From positions 26,563,761 to 26,627,537 of the forward strand of contig NC_069001.1 of assembly GCF_001194135.2 (NCBI RefSeq): a DNA stretch of 63,777 nucleotides. Reading direction: 5' to 3'. Below the pieces are notes generated by a model. It saw only the letters and a list, made by a program, of their open reading frames with translations. It was not told the DNA's origin and searched no databases. Positions 12,530-27,096 of this stretch are shown in pieces (position 1 is the first letter of the stretch; every line of letters starts with the position of its first letter). The translations under genes were made by a program, and so were the position numbers. The stretch comes from Octopus bimaculoides (Eukaryota).

Positions 12530-13833
12530 CTGAAGACAAATGTGAAAGGTTTGAAAAATAAAAAGAAATATGTATCGAGCAATATCTGCAAGCAGGTTTT
12601 CCATTCAAGGGTGTTGACATTTCATTTTTACTGACATGGCAATATCCGAAAAAATAAAAGAAATAAACTTCAGGGCTATTATGCTTCTTTCAAATCAATA
12701 GACCTTCAAAATATTGTTGATATGAAATACATCTAAGCAAATTTTGTTATATTAAATTACGAAACGAAATTAGACTCTACAATAATGAATGATATTTTCC
12801 AATGTATCTCAAACTCCGCCAAACCCAACGATAAACAATAATGAATACTGCCCAGAACATTACAATGTTACACAATGGTCTTTGATGTGACTGATTTTAT
12901 GGAGAAAAGCAAAATAGTAATTAAAAAATCAAATTAAAAAAAATAACTGTTGATCTTTTGTGCAGTATTGTTTCGTAAAATAGCCATTTATTTTCTTAGA
13001 GTATTTTAATGCAGATTTTTTGTATCATTTTTTTTAATTCCCTTGTTTATTTATTTATTATTCATATATTTATTTGTTTATTTATTTATTTATTCGTTTA
13101 TTGTTAGAACAGAAGTAATTAGAAAATTCAAAGACCAGAAAGATAACGGGAGAGAAAAAACCCCACACGCATTACATACGTCCAATCAGCCACACACAGA
13201 CACTATACCATAGAATCATAGTTGCAATCTTAATATGAATGTAATTACACATACATCCACACATACGGTATTGCATGCATACATAGATACCTGCACTGAG
13301 GCAAGCACACATAAAATGATACGACCATTCACTCAAAGATGTAAGCAAAACACGCTATTACATAAAATAATATATCCACACTCTCACACACGCGTACACG
13401 CACATACGAACACACACACACACACAGATATATGTGTACAAAATCGTTTAACAAAAGACAAATCAAGCTATGTTTTAGAATGTAACCATTTCGCATTAAG
13501 AAATCATTCTTCATATCAAAAACATAAATAAATATGGAAATACATAAATAGGATAGAATAGCAAAATAACCCTTTCTACTATGATAAAGAAAGAAATATT
13601 AAAACAAGATTCAAATATTTTGCTGTAGGCCTTTTATAATGAAATAGAGAGAGAAAATACAAAATAATATGTTGTTGGGTCAAAATTTACATTATTTTGA
13701 ATAAAGGCCAACATTGAAACAAATAGAGGATAAAAATGCAAAACATGCAATTTGTTATTCATGAAACTTTTTAGTTTTAATTGATCTAGTTCCCTGCGAC
13801 TACCATTCGTGCTGCAGCTGCTGTTACTACTGC

Positions 13834-13868
<35 letters not shown>

Positions 13869-14089
13869 NNNNNNNNNNTATTTAGATCTGCAAAATCAGT
13901 AGAATTTCGGACAACATCATCTTTCAGTATTAAATTGGGGGCATTTTAAAATGGGAGATCATATGACCTTCATAGATTTATCTTTAACCTTCCCCGATTT
14001 GAGCTATTGAATATAAAAAGATTGGCTTGATTTATAATACAATGTGATTTCAGTGTCCATGCAAAAATAATCCACATACATTTAACATG

Positions 14090-14545
14090 TATATGGACGG
14101 CACTTCAATGCGGAAGCATACAGTGCAAGAAAGGAGGTACTGAATGTTTAGAAATGAGGTTTCACGAGTTAATACATAGGAAATATTGATCGCAAATGCT
14201 TATCTCGCGACATGCCCGAGTTGATATGAATAGCACAGACGTATGGAAACTGTGAGCTGACAGTTTTGATGGATATTTTGCGTGTCAAACGACACGTCCA
14301 AATTCTTTGCTTAGCTCAAGTGCAACATTATAGTTTCTCATACGCTTCTCGAGTGAATTATACCAGTGCTGAATGACAGAGGATACATGGATTTCAGTGG
14401 ATCTGGATTTGCTATGGATTTTCTCTGATTCATTTAGAAAATCGAGAGATTCAAATTGTTAGAAACGACATTATTGATAGAAATGTATTAGCAGCGAACA
14501 TCAAAAAATGGAACGCGGTTCATTGCCACATCTTTTCCGAACTGG
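14090..14545 (+). mobile_element. Degenerate hAT-like DNA transposase remnant
   Basis: Disrupted frames give, in order, YMDGTS (first catalytic D-like), SFDGYF and NAVHCHI (cf. the hAT HCxxH motif), with multiple stops and frameshifts. Family assignment is from recalled motifs only. Confidence 0.35.
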
Positions 14546-15670
14546 AAAAGAGTTGCATGATAGTGTGTGTATTTATGAGTGTATTATAGGGAGAAAGTGA
14601 AAGAGAGGGAGAGAGAGAATTTGGAAAAAAGATTGCTGTGTGCAGAGGCTATATCTTGAAACCCCTTTTTTTTTAGGATAATGGAAGGAACATAGCTAGA
14701 ACTGGGGCCTTATTGGTTTGAAACGATAGGGAATTGTTTTTGCATTTTTATAATTTCAAGGAGACATACATGACGTTTTCAATGTAGAATTCAATGCAAA
14801 TAGGGATATGAATTCTTTTGGTGTGTGGGGGAGGCGCAGAAAATTGATTAAAACGTTAAAATCACAGATCAAATATTTCGCTTTTGGCTTTAAATAATGT
14901 AATTAAGTAAAGGGGAAATGTAAACGAAAATGGCGTTGCGTCGTGACTTCTGTGTCAATGCATAAATGGCAGAGAAGAGAGGGAAGAGTGTAAAAAGAAA
15001 AAAGAAATGAGTTATTTATTAAACAATTTATTTTTAATGGACGTAATTCTTTGATACTACTACAACTACTACTATTAATACTACCACTGCTACTGTTACA
15101 TATGATTCAAAAGTGGAGGCAAGATAAATTACTGAAATTTTCTAGACACGAAAGGGAAGGGATGTAGTTTGTTGGATGTCTTATTGAATGAAAAACGCTA
15201 TACAGTCTTTGCGCTTTGGATATAGTTGACGTGCAGTACCGGCCAAAAATGTTGTTTGGAGTTCTATTATAATTTCTGTTAACAGTTCAAGGCGTGTATG
15301 ATATTTGTAACAACTACTGCTCCACAGATATGATCGGATCCTTTTGAATGATAGGGATTTATTAGTTTATGGTATATTTGTCTGTAAGATGTAGAAAGAC
15401 TTGCCTACGAAGATGTTTTCAGTCATTTATTTGCTGGTTTGCACAGGGAGAACACAGGCGTGAGACTAATACGATATCGTTTCTCCAAAAGAAATCAATT
15501 AATACAACAACAACACAGCAAAAATAACAACAACGATGACAACAACGATAAAAATACAGCGTGAGCAAAAACACCAACCACTACTATTACTACTACTCTT
15601 ACTATTTTTATTACTCCTGCAGCCAGATAATTTCTGCTATATTTACAATGATAACAACGATCCTCATTAA

Positions 15671-16057
15671 TGTTTGCAGTTGGCACTCCGTCGCTTACAA
15701 CGTCGAGGGCTCCAGTTGGTCCGATCAACAGAACAGCTTGCTCGTGAAATTAACGTGCAAGTGGCTGAGCACACCACAGACACGTGTACCTTTAACATAG
15801 TTCTCGGGGATATTCAGCGTAATACAGTGTGACAAGGCTGACCCTTTGAATTACAGGCACACCAGAAACAGGAAGTAAGCTTGTGAGAAAGTTGTGGTGG
15901 AAGAGTACAGCAGGGTTCGCAACCATCCCCTGCCGGAGCCTCGTCGTGCTTTAGGTGTTTTCGCTCAATAAACACTCACAACGCCTGGTCTGGGAATCGA
16001 AACCGCGATCCTATGACCGCGAGTCTGCTGCCCTACCCACTAGGCCATTGCGCCTCC
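15671..16057 (-). mobile_element. SINE family C, full length (tRNA-derived head)
   Basis: Reverse complement is colinear with 33947-34340 over its whole length. Head ggaggcgcaatggcctagtgg (A box) and gtttcgattcc (B box). Confidence 0.92.
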
Positions 16058-17496
16058 AAATATAGACCCTTAAACTTCAACTATTGCACACAGCTCTGTG
16101 TCTATAGCAATGGTATCATCAATTGCACAGCCTAGAACTGCTACTGTTGCATCTAACTTTACCATTACTCAATCAACAGCAACAATAACAACATCATCCA
16201 AATGGAATCTTAATTATATGTTTTTTTATACTATTTTCGTAGTCGTTGTTTATGGAAGCAAAATTCGGGGAAATTGTGAAGAGAAGTCCAAAGATTGCTA
16301 CAGAATTAATGCTGATTGTCAATGCAATTTAAACTAATTATATAACAATAACAATAATTATGACGATGAATAATCTTCATAATGATATGATATGTAATCT
16401 ACTGTCAGGAATCGTTATCATTAGCCAAATGCCTATCATTAAATGAATAACTGAAAAATAACCATATATGCCCCGCTTATATGCATGCATTGTATTTGGT
16501 ATTAAGCGCTCACGCCTGTCATAGCAGGATTTCCTAAATGAGCATACGGATCCTTGCTTCATCGACATTAATGACAGTATTGAAAGCCCATCTTGCTTAT
16601 TGTTATTCTGAAATTACATATTTTTTTGTTAGTAATTATGAGGTAAGCCTACGGCAACCAATGTGTTTGCTCACGTGCTAATACATGCATAAGCAGAGTC
16701 ACGCAGACAGCACACATGCTAACACATACACAATTACCTCCCATATGTATATATCTATTTGTAAGAATGGGCATGCGCGTACGTAAGCGTGTGCATCTTT
16801 AAAATCTATGCGTATGTATGTATGTAGGTATGTATGTATGTATCTATCTATCTATCTATCTATGTATCTATCTATCTATATCGTTACGTCAGATTCAGTG
16901 ATAATATCCGTTGCCTGAATTTTGCTTGGCACTAGGCATGAAATCCATTTTGATGGAATTGTGAAATATCTAGTTATATTTCGTCGAAACTAATGGGAAG
17001 TTAAACCATGCAAAATTTATGACGGTAGAACATTTTTCACCGGACATTTAAAAACGGACAAATAATAGTATTAGCAGCATCAGTGGTGTTAATGTTAGTG
17101 GTATCAAAATTATCATCAACAACAGTAGCAGTAGCATACGAAGTAGGAGCCGAACCAGCAGCTAGTAGAATTAGTGCATACACGGGCGTAAACATATACA
17201 CACATAAACACTGAGACCATGGGACACAAAATCTCAAGTGGAATATTTTTAATATAAAAATGTGGGAAGAATTAAGCGCTATAAAATGTAATTACAGAAA
17301 ACTATATAAGATATGTAACCCTGATATAATTAAGCCAATGAAAATTACTAGACCTATACGAAAGCGGGGGGTGGGAGCAAGAATTCCAGTTACTTAGTCT
17401 CTAAGGCATCCACATTACTGTGCCTGCTGGCAAACAGTCACTTTATCAAGACTTGGTGCAGCTAAATGTGGTCGTAAGTACATTGACACACATGCT

Positions 17497-17541
<45 letters not shown>

Positions 17542-17779
17542 NNNNNNNNNNNNNNNNNNNNNNNNNNNNNNNNNNNNNNNNNNNNNNNNNNNNNNNNNNN
17601 NNNNNNNNNNNNNNNNNNNNNNNNNNNNNNNNNNNNNNNNNNNNNNNNNNNNNNNNNNNNNNNNNNNNNNNNNNNNNNNNNNNNNNNNNNNNNNNNNNNN
17701 NNNNNNNNNNNNNNNNNNNNNNNNNNNNNNNNNNNNNNNNTATATATATATCTGGAGAGAGAGAGAGAGAGACTGTATA

Positions 17780-18480
17780 TTGAACAACATTCCGTTGTCC
17801 AAGTGAACATCTTGTTCCTTAAGGTGGAAGTATAACATTTGGGGAACGATTTGTCTTCTTTCTAGTTGGTCTAATGATCGTGATGTTCCCTGTCTGGCTT
17901 ATTTAGGAATATGTGTGTAATATGGTTGTTAATTGAGCTTAGAAAGGAATTCAACTTAATTGCGATATAATCTTTGATTCTGGAACAAATTTAAAATCAT
18001 CAATTGGATTTTAATAAGCCATGACTTTCAGTAACTTCTTTCATTTTCTCTTTTACCTTGCTGTTAAGGTATTTATGGTATATTTTCATCGCGTTAAGAA
18101 GTTCGCTTCGCCTCTTCGCCTATTTTGTTTCTATCTAACTCCCAGGACTGTAGTCAAGTGTCTGTTCCTATTCAATCCCTCGTAAACTTCTAGCCGAAAA
18201 CTGTGAATAGCTATTGAAGGGAAATTTCTTGTTTTGCAGGTGGGTGTCTCTTTCCTGTTTCAACCCATTCATCTGGCATTTTAGGTGCCTTATTTAATTC
18301 TTCATTGTTGCAATCATTCGCACCAGATTTGTTGTCTGAAGAATGTGTTCCTGCTATCGGTTATGGAATTTCAGAATATTGCCACAATCAATATCCTTTC
18401 CTATTTTCGTTAAGCAACATACAAATACTATGTTTCGTATATGTTTCCAGGCTATATGTTGTATCTGGGTAGAATTCTTT
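17780..18480 (-). mobile_element. Degenerate non-LTR retrotransposon reverse transcriptase remnant
   Basis: Disrupted minus-strand frames give ELLNAMKIYHKYLNSKVKEKMKEVTESHGLL (cf. RT YK.LT..L..RL......LL) and later QDVHLDNGMLF (cf. I..GIFQGD). Many stops. Confidence 0.45.
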
Positions 18481-19829
18481 TATACAACATAAGCCAGCTC
18501 TGCCTAAAGTTATTTTCAATCACAAATATAACTATATCTACAGATACGAAGAAAATAACATAGGTTCAGAAGGAAATTATAATACATTAAGAAAAGAAAT
18601 GGTTTATAAATATATAAAATCCTCTAAGAATGGTCTAAGACGTATGATTTTTGTGAATCATCAGTAAGCTAGAAACTACGCTCAGATTCTTGCATATCAG
18701 TTTAATTGTTAAGGATAAATTGAATGTATTCGATCAATTATGTGTGCCAAGTTAAGACGACAGTTTGATTGAGAAAGAGAAAGATTATTACGAAAGTTAT
18801 CGGTAAATATCAATATTGAGTGTTCGACAGCAAAGCTAAATTCGGAGAAGTTTGATATAATTAAAAATGAAGGACTTGGGAGATCATGGCATTAAGCAAT
18901 GCTTTTTGCTGCCAATAACTGTAAGAAAACGAGCAATTTCTTCTCATTTCCTGCGACATTTCTTTTCTTTTTTTCCCGTTTCATTTTCAATTTGGCAGTA
19001 TTTGTAAGATTTTCGGTTGAACAATGCACGAGATGAAATTGAAACGAGATTTTATCACAGAATTAACGACTGTAACAGGTAGATTTCACGTACCGCTTTC
19101 TTAACCATTCCTAACCTTTGTAGTGGTGTGGCAATGCTTTTAATGGAGGAGGAAGTTTCGATAGTAGTAAAATGGAAATCGCTTTGCTATAGATATTCAG
19201 ACAATGAAACTAAGATGGAGGAAAAGGATTAGTCCAGTCTCATGTCCATTAGTGATGCAAAGCTTAATGCGCTTTTAAGATTTATAACTTTGGCATTTAA
19301 GAAACTGCCATTTTGAAATATCACATAACATGTTCAGTTACTTGAACTGTTTCTGTTGATAATGTAAAAGAAAACAAAAACTTTTCCTCGGTAGGATTTC
19401 TCCATCTTCGAGTATTCTTGTGTTGGATATGACTAGAAATACATTACATTTCCAATTATTTGAATATGTGATAATGCAAGCAATAAAACATTGTCTTGTA
19501 TCTAATAGTCTCCATTTGCTTAAATTTTCTCTTTTGTAATATAGTATTACGCTATGATCAGTATAAAAGGCGTGTTTTGTATTTAATATACGTCAACTCA
19601 AGTATCGTGACGACTAGTTGGATACAAGTGTCTGTTTTCCACCTCATGCATACGCCAAGGCTATTGTACGTTGTTATGCTTGTTGTTTAGCCACAGGTTA
19701 TCCCTGATGAAGTAGATATATGGACAAAGTTATAACCATTTCAGTTATGTTCATCTCATTTCTTTATCAGTCACAAGATGCCCAGGGTACTCTAATCCAA
19801 TGAGCTTTGTTTTTTTAATGTGGTTGAGA

Positions 19830-20460
19830 ATTGACGGAGACATTACAAATGGTTAAACGCTTTACAATATTATTACAGATATGCTGCTCTTTGAGTTCGA
19901 ATCTTGCTGTTGTCAACTTGTTTTCTATCAATTCATGTCAATAAAAAAAATTACCATCCTAGTATATGAACCTACTCTATTCCTGCATTTCTCTTTTTCT
20001 TTTTCCCTTCAAGAATCTTCCTATGCGTTTTCAGTATACTTACTTATCTTGAAGAGTATATCATACTTCGGCTTTCCTTTCTCTATCTTGCCCTCATTTC
20101 GTACCTTTCTCACCACAACAGAACAGGTACAACTCATCTATGAACATTGCTTTTACACGATTCCTTTGACGCAGTCTGTCACCATTTCACATCATGTTTC
20201 ATTAAATTAAACGTTGGATAAGCATCTTATTTCCAATATATTTGGCATGGGAATGTTTAAAATGATGACTCCAATATTTGATCAGGATTCTCTTCGAAAA
20301 TCAGTTTCAATTAAATGCTCCCATAATATCAATTACATCCTTGAACTTAATCTGATTGAACGTTTACAAAATATCGAGTTTATATCTTCATCCTCATCCA
20401 GGAGCCAGGTTGATAATGATTTTGTATTTTCAATCCCCTTCATTAATGGCGGCTGCACTT
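19830..20460 (-). mobile_element. Degenerate LINE apurinic-endonuclease (APE) region remnant
   Basis: Minus-strand translation at about 20340-20310 reads DVIDIMGAFN (cf. APE IIMGDFNA), preceded by an INLAP (cf. VYAP) segment. Heavily disrupted. Confidence 0.5.
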
Positions 20461-20859
20461 AGTTTTGTTAGATTATGTTCCGTGGTAGATATTTATGTGA
20501 GCGTGTGTGAGATAGAGATAGAGATACGTGAACACCCCTGAGTGTACAGATAGTAATTACATGTATTATGTACATAATATATAATCTTGCTTTACTCCCA
20601 TGTGTGCATCTAACATGATATAATTCTATTACGGAATTAATGTTCTGTGCGTTTTATAATCCTTTGATAACTCATTTTATCACAGAATTAACGTTTGCTG
20701 ATAGTTTTACTAATTTCTTCTGTTAATGGTATTAGTTTGGGGCTAATTGCAAAGAGCAGACATTAAAAAATTTCATAATAATAATAATAATAATGATACA
20801 GATTGCTGTCATACACACATTTACATATATTTAAGGCTAGGTTAGCGTGTATTATATCG

Positions 20860-21350
20860 AAGCGATATACTTGACTGATAAATATTCTGTTGATCCCCGT
20901 AAAGATGTACTTCAAATTGACCTCAGATTCGAAATCACACCCATGTTCTGTGTATCAACAGCTGAAACTAAATTATGCTGCACTGGTTTTCAGACAAAGC
21001 ACAGAAGAATCATGGTTCATGCCAAGGACGATTGCCGATAGTTTGTTTAGCTTGACTTGCTTAACTACTACCATGGGTTATGATATAAAATAGCGTAATC
21101 TCATAAATCTTATATCTTCTGCAAATATATTAAGAATTATTGATTTATCCTCTGCTTAATGTTATCAGATGGTTATATAAGAATACATTGAACCCATGCT
21201 TATAAAGTCGTGTTACATGGAATACAAAATAAATAAGTGCCAAAGCCTGTCAATGCTCTGCGATTTGGTTCCTGGCAATTCTGGTGAAGATATCCTAAAC
21301 AGATAATGTGAAGAAATGTTTGAAGTACTTAGTTTAGTGATTCTCACCCA
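20860..21350 (-). mobile_element. Degenerate LINE RT remnant (CR1/L2-like)
   Basis: Minus frames read SIILNIFAEDIRF (cf. YADD box) followed by NMGVIS (cf. DLGVI). Confidence 0.45.
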
Positions 21351-22788
21351 AATTTTTACCTGTGGTACACTGATTTCTAATTTCTACTGTATTCAGTTGG
21401 ACCATCATAGCCATTCGATATTTTTATTCCATTTTATTTCTATAATCAAAAGTATAATGAATTAAAGCTGTTAATTTATTGTGGTACTGTAGATGGATAA
21501 TCAATTGTATACAATATTTAATTACAAAATCTTATATGGACTTCCAAGACTCAGATAGACCTTGCTTGAAAACCATCGAGTTTGATGAGTTGAAAAGTCA
21601 TGGAAAACTTCTTAACAACTAGAGGAAATGTCACATATTTAGAGACGTCTAGAAAACAAAAAAAAGCAGAAGGCAGGCAACAATGGGAGAGAGAGAGAGG
21701 AGAGATGTATGGGGGCCAGAATCTTAGTGACTGTAAGAACATATGCGATGGAATCACAATCTAATAAGACACACAGCGATCCAATCAGTGGGCAAAATGT
21801 TTTAGCTAGAGTAGAAATCATTCATCACCGATACCTATAGGCTTGGCAATATAGATATGAAAATGGTTGTTAACTGTAAAGGTTCGTTTCCCAATTTGTT
21901 ACAATCTACAGCTTCTTCTGTATTTCACACGACAATTAATCGGAAATTATCATCTATCATTGCCAAGACAATTTGTATCGGAATAAACAAAGCGATTGGA
22001 AGGCGTGAGGAGAAATATGTTATTCAGAAAATAGTACTCGTGTTCCAATCAGTTCTAGATTTGAAGATTTTTCTTTATTTCATACATATCTTTCTAATTA
22101 TAGTTTTCCACGGGGAATGTTTTAAAATGCATGCTAACACATATGAAAAAAAAAATTATTATTATTTTGATTGATTTCACTGTTAAAATTAGCAAAAAGA
22201 AAAAGCAGGAGAAAGCTTTTGGCAAATTCAAATATTGTATATTAAACAGAAAAACAAAATTATAGGAAAAATTATATCTTAATAATCATTCGAGAAACAT
22301 NNNNNNNNNNNNNNNNNNNNNNNNNNNNNNNNNNNNNNNNNNNNNNNNNNNNNNNNNNNNNNNNNNNNNNNNNNNNNNNNNNNNNNNNNNNNNNNNNNNN
22401 NNNNNNNNNNNNNNNNNNNNNNNNNNNNNNNNNNNNNNNNNNNNNNNNNNNNNNNNNNNNNNNNNNNNNNNNNNNNNNNNNNNNNNNNNNNNNNNNNNNN
22501 NNNNNNNNNNNNNNNNNNNNNNNNNNNNNNNNNNNNNNNNNNNNNNNNNNNNNNNNNNNNNNNNNNNNNNNNNNNNNNNNNNNNNNNNNNNNNNNNNNNN
22601 NNNNNNNNNNNNNNNNNNNNNNNNNNNNNNNNNNNNNNNNNNNNNNNNNNNNNNNNNNNNNNNNNNNNNNNNNNNNNNNNNNNNNNNNNNNNNNNNNNNN
22701 NNNNNNNNNNNNNNNNNNNNNNNNNNNNNNNNNNNNNNNNNNNNNNNNNNNNNNNNNNNNNNNNNNNNNNNNNNNNNNNNNNNNNNNN

Positions 22789-22822
<34 letters not shown>

Positions 22823-22832
22823 TGTGTGTGTT

Positions 22833-23025
22833 AGTGTTTATCCCTCCAGCATCACTTGACAACCGATGCTGGTGTGTTTACATACCCGTAACTTAGCGGT
22901 TAGGCAAAAGCGACCGATAGAATAAGTACTAGGCTTACAAAGAAAAGGTCTAATGGTCGATTTGCTCGGATAAAGGTGGTGTGATAGCATGGCCGCAGTC
23001 AAATGACTGAAAGAAATAAAAGTAG
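22833..23025 (+). mobile_element. SINE family A, 3' half
   Basis: cttgacaaccgatgctggtgtgtttac...gtaacttagcggtt...accgatagaataagtactaggcttacaaag...gcatggccgcagtcaaatgactgaaa. It follows a (TA)n tract and a gap. Confidence 0.9.
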
Positions 23026-23114
23026 AAAAAAAGAAATTCAACGATCCCAGTCCAATACTTCAAGAACGATCTCATTATGTGAATCTCATAATTGCTTAAA
23101 ATTTAATCCTTTCT

Positions 23115-23240
23115 ACTATAAGCAACTGGTATTTAATTTGTCGATCCCGAAAGAACGAAAGGCAAAGTTGGCCTTGGCGGAATTTGAAATACGGCTAACC
23201 ATTTCGCCCGGCGTACTAAAGCTTCTGCCAGCTCACCGCC
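23115..23240 (-). mobile_element. SINE family B copy with internal deletion
   Basis: gtcgatcccgaaagaacgaaaggcaaagttggccttggcggaatttgaa...atttcgcccggcgtactaaagcttctgccagctc. Confidence 0.8.
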
Positions 23241-23277
23241 TTATAATTGCTAGAAATTAAATATTAGTGGGCTACAC

Positions 23278-23312
<35 letters not shown>

Positions 23313-25143
23313 CCACACACACTCAAATACATAGATTTTCTGAATATGTAACTCTATAATCATATAGATTTCGATTATTTCAATTTGCAGTAACTACGAG
23401 GGCTAGTATTATTGCACTTTGTTTAAAATACATGAAACAACAATTATGTATGAGATTTTATCAATAAACGACGCCTTTATTTAAAAATGCACAATAATAT
23501 TTCTGGCACTTACTCCATTGATTGAGGAATTATATAATGATACAGTGATGAAATATTTCCCGGTAATTCTAAGACGAGGTAAACACTTTCTGTCATTTAG
23601 TTCATCTTACTGCCGTTTCTGGCAAATTGCCTCTGTTGACTTAGAGATTATTGATCTGATACTTCGGAGAAAGAACACAGTTTTATTGTTTGGAAAAGTA
23701 TACTGGATATTATTGAACCCAGCAAATGTCTTATACTTACTGACTCTACAGGGATAAAACGTAAAATTGATCTGAACCGTTTAAGTCGTTTGGAATTAGA
23801 GGGATGAGTTTGAATATTGTAATTCCATTCAGTGTCTTACAATTTCTTCTACTTTCTCTGTTTCTTGGTTTTCTTAGATAATAACAGTTAATTAATTTGG
23901 CACATGGCCACACATGTGATGGTGGCAGTTATATAATCGCTTAAATAGTCTGCAATACATGGCATCATTTCATCGGCTAATAAGTAAGAGAACTAATTGC
24001 TAAAAACAAATTTGACCCGGTGCTATGTCATTCCTAGACAAGGGATCGATAAATCCTAGATTAGGGATCTAGTTTGCTGTAACGTCTTACTCAAACTTGA
24101 ACTCGAATGTTTTTCTTCATGTAACATACTTTTGATTCGTAAGCTATTATTCATTTATTAGGAAACTTTCAGGAATATTTCTCAAAGTGAAGTATATTTT
24201 TCTACCAGCAAGTCCTCACATTTTTACTACACCGTGTGGCATGGTGTATAATGTTGCTGTCTATCTAAGGAAGTGTAGTGCTTCTTTCTATAACAAAATT
24301 ACAAGTTATTTTATGTCTTCTCATTGAGGTAATCATAATCTTCAACTTAATGAGATGAGCTTGTGTGCAAGGTTTCACCAATCTCTCATATCGAAGGGAA
24401 TCAAATACTGAATGCAAATTTTTATCATAATGAAATAATGTTAGCAATGTCTATAAATTTATGCATTACATTAGAAATATAAACATATTTAAAATGTGTA
24501 ATTTTCATATCCACACCAGGATTGGTTAGTGTTTGAAGGACGTAATTAAAGAGTAAATATATATATTGAAGATGTCAGGGATTAAAATGGTTTGGGAATC
24601 CTATTTCAGATGTTTACACAACATCAGTAAATTGAGAAATATATTTTGGTTTGCGTATCAGGTTCTTTGCATATTATTTTAAGTAGGATATTTTTATCCT
24701 CCAAAATAATCCACAGTATGTTATCAACCACGTAGTACTATGCTGAGCTAATGGTATATCATAACAACAAAACAGTCAAGGAAGTATCTGCTTACACATG
24801 TTCATCGCCTTTAACTTAATAGTAATGAAATCTAGCAATAGTAAGGATGGTTAGCTTTTAGTATTTATGGCTACACATAAATATGTATTACAGTTTATAA
24901 ATGTCATACTCCAACAGGATTTTGTTGCTGAGACATGGATTAAAATATTCGTCTCTTAAGTAGCTCATAATGTTATCCATGCGACTTGGTAATATGGTAG
25001 CAAATTTTTCTGAGATATAAGCGAAGTTATAATAGAATTCAGCCCTACATCATGTCACCTGTAATGAGGATACCACTATACCATCTTGAACTAAAAGAAA
25101 GCGAACATGTATAGCTGAAAGAAGGGGAAATGGATGAAGTAAA

Positions 25144-25298
25144 GTCGTGGCTGTGTGGTAAGAAACTTTCTTCCCAAACACATGGTTCTGACTTCAACCC
25201 CACTGTGTAGCACCTTGGGCAAGTGTCTACAATTATAACCACTAGCCAACCAATGACTTGGGAGTGCATCTGATAAACAGAAACTAAGGAAGTCCTCT
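25144..25298 (+). mobile_element. SINE family A, 5' half
   Basis: gtggctgtgtggtaag (A-box-like), caccttgggcaagtgtct (CORE-like), then runs into (TG)(TA)n and a gap. Confidence 0.85.
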
Positions 25299-25313
25299 GT
25301 ATGTGTGTGTGTG

Positions 25314-25350
<37 letters not shown>

Positions 25351-25535
25351 NNNNNNNNNNNNNNNNNNNNNNNNNNNNNNNNNNNNNNNNNNNNNNNNNN
25401 NNNNNNNNNNNNNNNNNNNNNNNNNNNNNNNNNNNNNNNNNNNNNNNNNNNNNNNNNNNNNNNNNNNNNNNNNNNNNNNNNNNNNNNNNNNNNNNNNNNN
25501 NNNNNNNNNNNNNNNNNNNNNNNNNNNNNNNNNNN

Positions 25536-25572
<37 letters not shown>

Positions 25573-26999
25573 GCGTGTATATCAGTACGTTGCCTACAAA
25601 TATATGTACTGGAGCAGGTAAACTGCATTAATCAGTATAAGTTTATATGGATCACAAACTGTCGGAGAGGGACTAAAAGCAAACTAGCGTACCCTGCAGA
25701 GAAAGCTACAACACACAGAGCGTTTCATTTTGTATATAGGTTGTCAAACTCCAATCCTGTACGGGCTTGTTATTAGATCAACTTGACCTGGATTTGATCT
25801 CAAAATGTAAACGTTCGAAACGAAACAACGCAAGAGAGTTTATTTCTAACAATCCATCTTGATGAGTTGAACAAATATCTGTATGACATATGAAATGCCA
25901 ACGTCATATCAAACGTATTTTAAATCTTACCTAGACTAATAGGTAGATATAAATATAAACGCCTATTTTTTATTCTTTGTTTTCATCCTAATATACTTAT
26001 ATAAAATACATGGCGTGTAACACGGCATTAGGAATATACTTATATTTAGCTAATAACTATATCCATACTCTCCTATGTGTGCTACCGACAATGTATATTG
26101 GTTCATGTTGAAGTTTCATCCTCAGCTTATCCCTTTCTTTCTATCATTCTTCTATCGTGATTTAGTCAAATGTATGGATTCATACATACCGGCGAAGGGA
26201 ACAGTGAGTAAATGAATGTATGTGTGTGCGTGTGTGCGCGTATTTGCTTGCATGCGTTCGTACGTGTGTGTTTACGTGTGCGTTTGAAGTTAGAATGATC
26301 CAAGATGAAAGTTAACATAGATCAAGCTTTAATTTACTAAAATTTCTTCTGACGTCTATTGGGAGACTGTAGAGCTAGTAGTGAATAAGCGTAGTTATAG
26401 TAGCACAGTAGGTATTAATAACAGAATTAGGTGGTGACTCAACCATATCTATTATTATTGCAATACATATATTACGCTAAAGCCAATTCATTTTCACTTC
26501 AAATTATCAAACGACATACGTTAAAATAATGATCCGGACACAATATCATTGTAATTTTATAATATAGGACATTTGACTTATAGAAAAACGCAAACCTCTT
26601 TAAACGTTTAGAGATAATATCACCTTTTTCTGAAGGTAGGATGACGTTGAACGGTTAGTTTTGAACCTCTGTCAAGGGGATTGCCCAATATGATGAGTTA
26701 CATCCATGTAAAATGAAATTAGAAAATAAGGAAGCATAAGCACAAATATGCAAAAACAAAGAGATGTGATATAGGAATATTCATCGATAAGAACGAACGG
26801 CTATTTTATGGTAATAGTCTCAAATAGTCGGAAAAATATGGCACTGCGATGCCTCGCTGGACAATGTGCCCAAATGATGTCTTTATTGTGTTTAAGCATT
26901 AGTCTTGTGCATCAGCTCACTCACTACATATAATAGACGATGCGTGATAGTTGCACGGTGTACCACACGTCAGGTGTCGAGGTAATTGTAGACCAACGT

Positions 27000-27096
27000 C
27001 AGATGAAATGTTTTGTTCGAAAGCACTCGGTCCAGGAATCGAAACCACGATCTCGTGATTGTGAGTGCAACACCCTAATCACTGGGTCATGCACCC
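27000..27096 (-). mobile_element. tRNA-like SINE head related to family C
   Basis: Reverse complement gggtgcatgacccagtgattagggtgttgcactcacaatcacgagatcgtggtttcgattcctggaccg contains A and B boxes. Confidence 0.65.
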
